From an uncultured delta proteobacterium (GTDB taxonomy: Bacteria; Desulfobacterota; RBG-13-43-22), in NCBI GenBank assembly GCA_963843145.1, contig CAWJJC010000020.1:224001-288000 (forward strand): a stretch of DNA of 64,000 bases, in the 5' to 3' direction. Within the stretch, counting starts at the first letter, position 1; every line of letters begins with the position of its first letter. Position numbers and translations under genes: made by a program. A model generated the notes under the pieces. The model worked only from the letters and a program-made list of their open reading frames with translations, was not told the DNA's origin and did not search any database. This document shows positions 51,198 through 59,693 of this stretch, piece by piece.

Positions 51198-51947
51198 GGG
51201 GTTTATTAAAACCCGACAGATCGTTTTCTGCTTCTTCTGGGCACTGGTTTCTTTGGCGGGGATCCCGACGGCCTCCGCCCAGGAAGGGACATTGAATCCC
51301 GAAGCCCTGATCCTCAAATACAAGCCGGTCCTGGCTCCGGAGACCTTCATCGCCCATCTTAGCTGGAACTGGAGCGATCGGGCCGACCGGCGAAGCATTA
51401 TCAAGTTGCCCTGTGGCAGAAAAATCCGGGGCTGGTCAGGCTCCTTTTTGAAGCCCCGCCTTCCGAGAAAGGCAAAATCTTGCTCAAGAAAAAGGATAAA
51501 TATTTTCTGGCCCTCCCTGATTTGGGAGAAGTGATCCCACTTCCCCCCTCCCAGATAAGCGACTGGGGCTTTTTCTATGCGGAGAACCTCTTTCCCTTTT
51601 ATTTTCATAAAGACCTGGATTGGGGCCCGGTTCAGCCTAAGGGCGATCAGTGGACCCTCTCGATTAAACGAAAATCCGATTCAGCCCCCTGGATATCCTG
51701 CACGTTGGCCGGCCCGGAAGGACCCTTAACCCGGGTGTCCCTTTTCGATCCCTCGGGAAAAAGAATGAGAACCATTTCCATCGACTGGGAGGGGACCCCG
51801 CCCCATGAACGTCCGAAGCGGATGGAAGTGGAAAATGTTTTCCCGGAGCCCTATCGGGCCCGGATCCGCATTGAGGACCTGCGGCTCAAACCGATCTTCC
51901 CGGCCCGGGCCTTTGAAATCGATCTCCCCGGGTCGACGGAAAAATAG
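51190..51947 (+). CDS. LolA-like outer-membrane lipoprotein-sorting protein; 1-nt frameshift at ~51363
   Basis: The signal peptide ORF (51190) continues one base out of frame into ELERSGRPAKHYQV..LLFEAPPSEKGKILLK, which is in frame with ORF 51480-51947. Confidence 0.7.
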
Positions 51948-51949
51948 CC

Positions 51950-52639
51950 ATGGAAATCCTGCGGCTGGAAAAAGCCACTAAAGAGTACCTGCTGAAAGGG
52001 GAAACCATCCGGGTCCTGCGGGCCATTGATCTGGTTCTGGAGGCGGGTGAATTTGTGGCCCTCATGGGGCCCTCGGGAAGCGGGAAAACGACCTTGCTGC
52101 ACCTGATGGGGGGGATCGATCCCCCCACCTCGGGAAAGATCTTTCTGGGCGACCGGGAAATCTCCGGCCTGTCCCCGGGAGAATTATCCCAGGTCCGTTT
52201 GTACCGGTTAGGCTTTATCTTCCAGGCCTATAACCTCCTGCCGGCCATGACCGTCCTGGATAATTGCGCCTACCCGCTGATCCTGCAGGGAATTTCCAGC
52301 GGGGAACGGAGGAGGAGGACCGAGGAGATGCTGGCCAGGGTGGGGATGAGCCACCGTCTCCGGCATCACCCGGAGGACCTCTCCGGGGGAGAGCAGCAGC
52401 GGGTGGCCATTGCCCGGGCCTTGATCACCCGGCCTTTGCTGGTCCTGGCCGATGAACCCACCGCCCACCTGGACGCTGAAACCGGCCGGGAAATCATTGA
52501 GCTCATGCACCGACTCAACCAGGAGGAAGGCACCACTTTTTTATTCGCCACCCACGACCCGGCCCTCATCCGGCAAACCCAGCGTATCCTGCGCCTGCAG
52601 GGGGGCCGTATCGTCGAGAACGAACCTTTAGCCTCTTAG
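51950..52639 (+). CDS. ABC transporter ATP-binding protein (LolD/MacB type)
   Basis: GPSGSGKT, LSGGEQQRVAIARAL, LADEPT, ATHD. Confidence 0.95.
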   Translation: MEILRLEKATKEYLLKGETIRVLRAIDLVLEAGEFVALMGPSGSGKTTLLHLMGGIDPPTSGKIFLGDREISGLSPGELSQVRLYRLGFIFQAYNLLPAMTVLDNCAYPLILQGISSGERRRRTEEMLARVGMSHRLRHHPEDLSGGEQQRVAIARALITRPLLVLADEPTAHLDAETGREIIELMHRLNQEEGTTFLFATHDPALIRQTQRILRLQGGRIVENEPLAS

Positions 52640-53097
52640 TATGAAAATAGAACCCGGCATGCCACTCGGGCATTCATCAATCGAATTAATAATGAACAGT
52701 TGATGATTATTAATTATTAATGTCAAAAACTTAGGCTTATGTCTGCCCCTTTATTTGCTCGAGCAGGCATGCGTTTAGTAAAACAGTCCTGCATAGTGTC
52801 ATTGGGCGGCGATTTGCTCGAAAGGATGTAGCTTTTATGCCGTCATTCTCCTCAATGACCCCATGGGCGGGAATTTTAATTTTCGTGCCGGCATGGGCCT
52901 TAACGTCATTGAACCTGCCGAACTCCCCACATCGAACGATTAATGGGAAGACTGAAAAATCAGAAATAGGTATTACAGACAATTATGAGATCCGTAATAA
53001 TATGGTTCTTCGTCTTTTCCATTCGAGATTCGATGTTGGGCGTTCGATGTTCGATGTTCATTTTCTTTCTTCGGGGTCCCCGCCCCGGCCACAGGGG

Positions 53098-53580
53098 TTA
53101 TTCTCCGCAAACAGGCGCCTGTTCATGGAAGACCCAGATGCGGGTATTCCAGCCGGGGATATGCTGCGCCCGGCCGTACTTTTGTCGATATTCGGGATTT
53201 TCGGTTAACCCCAGGGCGTGGTTGGAGTACTTCTTGTTATAGTGCCCCAGGTTTTCCAGGGCCAAATAATACCCGCCCCGGCCGTTGGGATGCACCTCGT
53301 AATCCACATTCCAAGCTTCTTCCCATTGAATATACTTCGGACTCAGCCCCGGCGGGGCATGGTTGTCGATCCCGTCCGGCGGGTAGCAGCCGCCATGGTC
53401 CCGGGCATAGGCTTCCAGTGCCTGGCTGATCCGGGCCGCCTGGGAGGCGAATTCCTTAAAAGGGGCCTCCCGGCTTCTGATGGTCTGGACAATGGCCAAG
53501 ACGGTGATAACCACCATCAAGACCCCGATAATCCACCATTCCCCGGAAGACATCCCCAGATACGTTTTTCGAGTTTCCAT
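53098..53580 (-). CDS. Pilin/pseudopilin-like protein
   Basis: Degenerate prepilin site G|MSSGE plus hydrophobic helix; ALEAYARDHGGCYP resembles GspG. Confidence 0.55.
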   Translation of the reverse strand: METRKTYLGMSSGEWWIIGVLMVVITVLAIVQTIRSREAPFKEFASQAARISQALEAYARDHGGCYPPDGIDNHAPPGLSPKYIQWEEAWNVDYEVHPNGRGGYYLALENLGHYNKKYSNHALGLTENPEYRQKYGRAQHIPGWNTRIWVFHEQAPVCGE

Positions 53581-53717
53581 GGCCCGATGATACTAAACGC
53601 GGATGATTTAAAAAGTCAAGCGGGCTCTTGGCCTCCTTGACCGCGACGTCCTTCCCCGTCAAGAGATTTATTGACACTTTGAATGATTTAAGTAGGATAG
53701 GGTATATCAGTATGGAA

Positions 53718-53826
53718 ATAAACGAAGCCCTGCGACCTAACGCCTTGTCACTCGCCTCCAGGGGCGATTGGGGCTGACTATCTCGAAGGAGACCGAGCCC
53801 TGACCCCACCGTTGAGAGGCCGGCAA
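53718..53826 (+). ncRNA. Candidate structured non-coding RNA of unknown class
   Basis: GC-rich multi-hairpin stretch downstream of TTGACA-16-TAGGAT (53671-53698), with no convincing ORF. Confidence 0.35.
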
Positions 53827-53853
53827 TCAAAAAAGTCTCCCGCTCCGCGAATT

Positions 53854-53973
53854 AGACCCCGCCGGAGGCGTGAGTTCTTTTGAAAAATCGGCGTCTCCGC
53901 GATTTTTAAAAAATAAATTCGTCTTTCTCTGCGACCTCGGCGAACTCGAGCGAAGCGGGCGAGAGATAAAAAG
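53854..53973 (-). repeat. Dispersed repeat family B, copy 2
   Basis: Inverted copy of 19003-19123. Confidence 0.88.
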
Positions 53974-54023
53974 CACACCTGTCCTGGTGAAGTACTAACA
54001 GACACCTCGAAAAAGGAGAACCC

Positions 54024-54428
54024 ATGAAACAGAAATCCATCGCGTTGGGCTGGAGCACTTTTTTTTCAACCTTCCTGACGATCCTGCTGGTTACCACTGC
54101 GAATGCGCAAGGAACCGCTCCCGTCGATCAAGTCGCAGTGGCCTTAAGGGCCTATGGTCCAGGCGGCCCGGCACCGGCTATGCGGGAATCGGCCTGGGCC
54201 GGTGATCCCAGCTACGATGCCTGGCTCATCTGGACCATCTGGCAAAAAGAGAATCCCGTTGCCGCCGATCTGATCCCTACTGAGCCGGAGCTTACCATCT
54301 ATCGCTCCTGCGGCGTTGCGATTACCAATCGTTCGAAGCGAAAGGCCCTGGCCAAGGAATTTGCCGATTTCCTGCAATCCGCCGAGGGACAGGAAATTTT
54401 CCTGAAATGGGGCTGGATGAAACCCTAG
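54024..54428 (+). pseudogene. AcfC-like / ModA-superfamily substrate-binding protein with in-frame internal deletion
   Basis: The N-terminal YGPGGPAPAM motif is fused directly to C-terminal DAWLIWTIW..IYR..FLQSAEGQEIFLKWGW; only 134 aa. Confidence 0.7.
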
Positions 54429-54510
54429 ACGGCGCCGCTTCGTTCATTTTTAAGAAAGGGTTCATTGCCATTTTCGTTGGATATATGATTTTGATAAAAG
54501 ATGCGCGGCC

Positions 54511-54708
54511 ATGAGAACTACTTTAGACATAGATGATGGCTTGTTTGAAAGGGCATCCGAATTGACCGGCATCAAGGAAAAAACAACGTTGGTAAAACTG
54601 GGACTGGAAGCCTTGATCGCCAAGGAGAGCGCCAAACGGCTGGCGAAACTCGGCGGAACCGAGAGGCAATTGAAGGCCGTGCCAAGGGGAAGGACAGCAG
54701 TGCATTGA
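54511..54708 (+). CDS. vapB: VapB-type antitoxin
   Basis: MRTTLDIDD.L...A.ELTGIKEKT.LV..GLEALI..ESA.RLA.LGG. Confidence 0.85.
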   Translation: MRTTLDIDDGLFERASELTGIKEKTTLVKLGLEALIAKESAKRLAKLGGTERQLKAVPRGRTAVH

Positions 54709-54860
54709 ATATGGTTCTGGTTGACACTTCAATCTGGGTCCGTAATTTCTGGGAGGGCGACCCGAATATGGAACGGCTGCGGGATGCCCGAGAAGTGCTT
54801 TGCCACACGTTCATTGTCGGCGAGCCGGCCTGTGACAATCTCAAGAACCCGCAGGAAATC
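54705..54860 (+). pseudogene. vapC: Truncated, degenerate VapC (PIN) toxin N-terminus
   Basis: VLVDTSIWV..VLCHTFIVGEPACDNLKN; the rest of the PIN domain is absent. Confidence 0.75.
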
Positions 54861-55721
54861 ATGAGGATATCCTTAAGTGTCATACTTGCTTTAGCCGTCT
54901 GCACAGTAATTGCATCTGGTCTTCTCGTATCTTGGTGGGTAGCACTGGCGGTAGGCCTTCTGTTTCTTGGATCTGTCGGCTACGTTGAAAAGATATTCAA
55001 TGTGGAAGTTCCAAAAAAACCGAGAATACTGTTCCTGGTCATCTTCGTTTTTCTGTCTCTTGGTAGCTTGATCTATTCTCAGTACAAAGAAAAAGTCGGC
55101 GAGAAAGCGAGTAGAGCTTCAAAGGGCCAGATTGCTGACCTGACAAAGAAGGAGAGCGACTTACGACATAAAATACAGCAGAATGAAGGGGACTTAGAGT
55201 CGGCCAAACGTCAGATTGCCGACTTAACTGAAAAGAACGACCACTTGCAGCAACAATCAAAAGAGGCTCAAGATGCTGCTGCAGTAGCGAAGGCTGAGAC
55301 TAAGGCGTTTGCGGAATACGGGAAAGTAGCGACCTACACCTTTAACGGTCTCCAACAATCAGGGCAATTCCTTTCTCCATTTACGCCGGTCAGTAAGTGG
55401 ACTGAGGGTTACCTCACTGTGAGGAATAATAAGTATTGGTTCAAGTGCACTCCTGATTCAATCCGGCACTACCAGGATTTAATTAATGAAAGTCCCAAGT
55501 TTCCATTTCCATACCTCGCATTGTCCCAATGTCTCCTAAGAATTGGAGATTCTTCGTGGGGAAAATATGCCAGTAAGGCCCAAGCGATATTGAGAAAAAC
55601 AACAAAAATACCACTCCACTCCAAAGACCATGACGGATGGTTGGAGCAAGTAACTAAATTATTAGACCCTGCTCAGATGAAAAACGTCGTTGTGGAAGGG
55701 AAAATTCATAAATCTGAATGA
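54861..55721 (+). CDS. Hypothetical membrane protein with coiled coil and TPR-like C-terminus, in frame with the vapC remnant
   Basis: Three hydrophobic segments, a repeated QIADLT.K coiled coil and AT-richer codon usage. Confidence 0.6.
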   Translation: MRISLSVILALAVCTVIASGLLVSWWVALAVGLLFLGSVGYVEKIFNVEVPKKPRILFLVIFVFLSLGSLIYSQYKEKVGEKASRASKGQIADLTKKESDLRHKIQQNEGDLESAKRQIADLTEKNDHLQQQSKEAQDAAAVAKAETKAFAEYGKVATYTFNGLQQSGQFLSPFTPVSKWTEGYLTVRNNKYWFKCTPDSIRHYQDLINESPKFPFPYLALSQCLLRIGDSSWGKYASKAQAILRKTTKIPLHSKDHDGWLEQVTKLLDPAQMKNVVVEGKIHKSE

Positions 55722-56017
55722 TCGGCATAACCATAATTTTTAGGCCATTAGAGGTAGACGGAAGACAGTGACGTGGAGTGAACAGAATAGAGAGCAGAGG
55801 GGAGGGGCAGACCAAACAAAAGAATCGAAATCTATTGGGTCCTGAAACTGCCCTTATTACCCATAAAAAGAAGATTATAAGGGGAGCGGGGATTCCGCGG
55901 ACCAACCGACAATTCCTTCTTGATCATATCCATGGTTGGTCTGGACTGACTCTATTTCTCCAATAGGAACCCAAAACATTATGAAGTCGTTTACCCTAAA
56001 GAAAGGAGGACGTTCCC

Positions 56018-56723
56018 ATGACCGAAACCAGCAGAATGGATAAGACTTTTAACATTATTATGAAAACTTTGGTGGAGACGGGGCAGGCGCCCCACTACAC
56101 GGAGATTGCCGCCGCCTTAGGAGTCTCAACCGAAGAGGGGCGAAAGGCTGTTCAGGAGCTCTTTTCGCTGCCCATGTTCCCCGGATGGCTTTATCCGAAC
56201 ACCGATACCATCACTTCCTTTCCGCCGTTCAATAATCTTCCCACCCAGTACCGCATCACCGTTGACGGCCGGCAGAAATGGTTCGGGCAGTGAGGGTTTG
56301 AATCGCTGGCGGTCTGCTGGCTTTTTCCTGGGAAAACGGTCCGGATCGAGGCGCCCTGTCTGGATTGCGGCTTGCCGATTCGAGTGGAAATGAAGGACGG
56401 GGTTTTGCTCAGCACGGAACCCGAAGGACTGGTCGCCTATACCCCCGTCCCTCTTCGAGAATGGTTCAAAGACATTCCCTATTCCTGAAGCACCATGAAT
56501 CTCTTCCGGTCGGAAGAGGATGTTCGCAACTGGAGCGGTTTCAAGCCCGGCACCGAGGAAGGGATCGTCCCGCTGCCGGATATGGCCCAGGCCTTTTCCG
56601 GGAATTTTTTCCGGAGACGCCTGGACCCGGATTATGTTTCCCACCTGCGCGCAATATATGAAGGAAATGGTCGGTGCCTTACACGGCCGGGGTTCCTTCT
56701 GGCAGATTCCTCCGCGCGCCTAG
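56018..56723 (+). CDS. MerB (alkylmercury lyase)-like protein with two selenocysteines (UGA 56291-93, 56486-88); probable +1 indel at ~56650
   Basis: AGGAGG SD and N-terminal HTH. One frame continues through both TGAs: WFGQ-U-GFESL, APCLDCG, IPYS-U-STMNLFRSEE. These align with MerB YAWC96ALD99, C117 and FC159CHVHFF. Both TGAs have SECIS-like hairpins. Confidence 0.85.
56305..56321 (+). promoter_or_regulatory. Putative SECIS 1
   Basis: GCUGGC-GGUCU-GCUGGC (6 bp including G-U pairs), 11 nt after UGA. Confidence 0.7.
56500..56519 (+). promoter_or_regulatory. Putative SECIS 2
   Basis: UCUCUUCC-GGUC-GGAAGAGG, 11 nt after UGA. Confidence 0.78.
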
Positions 56724-56762
56724 CAGAGGTCGAAACCAACAATCAACCGGAGAGAAAACCAA

Positions 56763-57386
56763 ATGAAGCCGTCTCAAAAGGAATTGCCCAAGTGGGCCGA
56801 TCAAATCCCGGAGGCTTTGTGGATCGACCTGGGTAATCGTTCTCCTCAACAAGCCGCGGAGGCGGTTGGCGCGATCTGGGATGGGACCACCTTCCAAGTC
56901 CCCTTAGTCGGTCGCGATTATACCCTCGATCCCGCTCAGCGACGAATTACAGAGACCCGCCTTCCCGATCAGCCGGTCAGCTTTCAGGCCGGGGTGGTGT
57001 TGCTCACCACCTTGGCCATTTCCAAAGGGGTGCCGCCGAGCGGCCGGATGGTTGTGCCGCAGGAACTTCCCGGCGGCCGGGCGTTCTTTACCGGTGCCCA
57101 TGCGGTAGCTACCGGCCCGTTGGCCAAAGGCTTCGAAGAGGATCCCGCCCGATTGATCGATCGGGCAATGGGATTTGGCGGTGAACGGATCGAGGGGGCC
57201 GACGTTGCGATTCGGGTACCGGGGTTGCCCTATGTCCCTTTATACGTTTTACTGTGGCGGGGCGATCCGGAGTGTCCGGTAAGGGCGGTCATCGGAATTG
57301 ATGCCCGGGCGCATTTCCACCTGGATTTGGGAAGCGTCTTAGCCTTGACCAACTTACTGGCCTATCGTCTTTGTAAAGCTGGCTGA
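56763..57386 (+). CDS. DUF3786 domain protein
   Basis: ELPGGRAFFTGAH, LPYVPLYVLLWRGD.E.P..A.I..D pattern. Confidence 0.8.
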   Translation: MKPSQKELPKWADQIPEALWIDLGNRSPQQAAEAVGAIWDGTTFQVPLVGRDYTLDPAQRRITETRLPDQPVSFQAGVVLLTTLAISKGVPPSGRMVVPQELPGGRAFFTGAHAVATGPLAKGFEEDPARLIDRAMGFGGERIEGADVAIRVPGLPYVPLYVLLWRGDPECPVRAVIGIDARAHFHLDLGSVLALTNLLAYRLCKAG

Positions 57387-57411
57387 AAGGCGAATCCGGT
57401 AACATCAATTA

Positions 57412-57537
57412 TGATGACCTCGCAAAAAGTCAAAACACGACTGTCTGCTCGGCGGGGGAGGGCTTCCCCTACCCTAGCCCGGCGTTCTTGGAATGCCGCG
57501 CTTCGGGCTGTTGAGCGGACTTTTTGCGAAACCATCA
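57412..57537. mobile_element. MITE (family C) with 20-bp TIRs and 4-bp ATTA target-site duplication
   Basis: ATTA-TGATGACCTCGCAAAAAGTC ... GACTTTTTGCGAAACCATCA-ATTA (17/20 TIR match). Confidence 0.75.
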
Positions 57538-57672
57538 ATTATGAGTCAACGATCCCTACGTTTTACCCCCTTGGTAACATTTAATATGATGCAATTCCTA
57601 GAAAAACGTCATATTTGACATCGTTTGTAATATAATATACTATAAATAGTAAATACAAATTGGAGTCATTTT

Positions 57673-57909
57673 ATGAATACCATAACCGTCCGATTGCCGG
57701 ATCATCTCTTTAAGGAATTGGATGACCAATCAAAAAAATTAAAAATTTCAAGGGCTTTTTATGTCCGGAAAGCTTTGGAACACCTGAATCAGGAAATTAA
57801 CGCCCAAAACCGTCGAGAACGATTAAAAAAAGTAAGTCTAAAAGTACGAAGTGAAAGCATGAAAGTGAACGCCGAATTCAGCGAGGTAGAGGAGGCCCCG
57901 GATGCTTAG
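57673..57909 (+). CDS. Ribbon-helix-helix antitoxin
   Basis: TITVRLPD.L..ELD...SR..YVRKAL; overlaps the toxin start; TTGACA-17-TACTAT promoter at 57615-57643. Confidence 0.85.
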   Translation: MNTITVRLPDHLFKELDDQSKKLKISRAFYVRKALEHLNQEINAQNRRERLKKVSLKVRSESMKVNAEFSEVEEAPDA

Positions 57910-58258
57910 ACGCGGAGAAATCTGGTGGGCCAATCTGAATCCGGGAAGCGGCACTGAACCGGGCAAGATCAGACCCGTCCTGATACTCCAAAACGAAGCG
58001 TTGTTGGAAGCCCGGCATCCCTCAACGATCATCATTCCTTTGACCACGAATCTGGTGGAAGATGCCGAGCCCTTAAGGATCAGAATACCCGCCCAGGGAT
58101 TGTTGGAGAAAGACTCGGACCTGCTGATCGACCAGGCCCGAGCCATAGACAATCAGCGATTAATTAAAGGCCCGCTGCTTCACCTCGATGCCGATTCCCT
58201 CCAAAACGTAGAAAAAGCCGTCATTGAAGTATTGGGAATATCCTCAGCGCCTATTTGA
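57902..58258 (+). CDS. mazF: PemK/MazF family toxin
   Basis: RGEIWWANL.P..G.EPGKIRPVLILQ, IPLTT, DQARAID..RL. Confidence 0.9.
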   Translation: MLRRGEIWWANLNPGSGTEPGKIRPVLILQNEALLEARHPSTIIIPLTTNLVEDAEPLRIRIPAQGLLEKDSDLLIDQARAIDNQRLIKGPLLHLDADSLQNVEKAVIEVLGISSAPI

Positions 58259-58394
58259 TCTTGTATTTTTCACGCGTGGCCCAATAAAGGGAGACATCAC
58301 CTGGGTCAGTAAATAATTTATTGAAAGATCCGGTAGACTGTGGCACTTAACTAAACCACAAAAAAAAATAACCGGAAGGATTGAAAACGTCCCC

Positions 58395-59693
58395 TTGTTC
58401 CAAACATCCTCCTATTTCCCCGGACCGATAAGGCTGGTCCGATCTCAAGAAATCCCCCATTTTTGCAATCTGGGGCCCATCTATGAATGGGTGGACCGGC
58501 AGGCTTATCTGATCATCGACCGGGTCAGTTTCCGGGAGCAAAAGGGCGCCCTGCTGGTCTATAACAATCCCCCGGTCCATCAGGTGGCCACCCCGGGCCT
58601 GCACGCCTTTCTGGAGGGGATCGAAGAGGTCGGCCGGCAGGCGGCGGACCTGGAATACCTGATTCTTTACGACTCCAATGACCCCCTGCATGCCGGAGGG
58701 GATCTTAAGGAGAGTTTGCGGAATCTGGAAATATCCCTGGCAAAGAAAAAACTAAAAAAGGCGGCCGGGGCCGCTGCCCGGGAGATCGACGCCTTGTTCG
58801 GCTGGGGCGAGGAGCGCCTGCGAAAAGGGGTGACCCTATATCAAAAAATCCGGGACCTGGCGCAACGGATGCGCGTGCTGGCCGTTTGCGGAGGGGGAAT
58901 GCGCTTCGGCGGGTCGGCGGAAATCCCGCTGATGGCCGATGTCCTCATCGGGGATTCCCGGGGGGGCATGTGTTTCAGCGAGGCCCTGATCGGGATTATT
59001 CCCGGCTGGGGAGGAATTACCCGGGTTCTAATTAAGGCCGGCCCGGCCAACGCGGCCTTTATGTCCATGACGGCCAGGGAAATATCCGCTTCTGACCTGA
59101 AGGAGATCGGGGTTTATAATGAGGTGGTGCCGATCCCCTTTCCTTTCCCCAAGCGGGTCCGAACCTCCGATCCCCAAAACGACAGTAAACAATACCAGGA
59201 GGATCTGGAAGAGGGCAACCAAAGGGCGGGCCGGCTTCTCCTGCCCCGGGCCCTGGAGCTGGCCGTCTGTCCCCCGGCGGAAATCCCCTCTCTGGCTGAC
59301 GATAAAAAGAGAAACCTGGCCACCCTGGAAGAAATAGCCGAGGAAGTGGAACGGCGGGTGGACCCGCTTAATTATGCGCCTGTCTGGAACAGGCCGTTAC
59401 GGGAGGTGAAGGAGGAAATGGGAAAGAATCGGCCGACCCCTGGCCGCCCAATCCCTAACGGCCCTGGAGAAGCTCCTGGCGGAATACGATCCCCATTCCT
59501 TCGTTGAACAGGAATTTGTGAACCAAGGAATTAGAGGCCGATGCGGCCTTATACCGGCATCCGAATTTTCTGGAAGGGCTTAAAGGCCACTCTCGAACAG
59601 CGGGTTCCTGATTTCAGAAGCCCCTTGACCCGGATGGAAGACGATCTGGAAACGACCACCGAAAGAAAGTATAAAATTGGAGAAAAGAAATGA
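58395..59693 (+). CDS. Enoyl-CoA hydratase/isomerase (crotonase) family protein; apparent +1 indels near 59425, 59524 and 59583
   Basis: AGGDL, GGSAE, EALIGIIPGWGG. The C-terminus IGRPLA..EADAALYRHPNFLEGL..LEQRVPDF is recovered across three frames and ends in an ATGA overlap. Confidence 0.75.

Noticed and set aside
52640-53097. ORFs 52737-52982, 52837-53208 and 52985-53242
   Set aside because: No motifs; they partly translate TTCGATG heptamer repeats (~53023-53060), so they are treated as non-coding.
53768-53810. tRNA or tmRNA (GGGGCTGA...CCCCACC)
   Set aside because: Too short, with no T-arm GTTCGA and no tmRNA tag frame.
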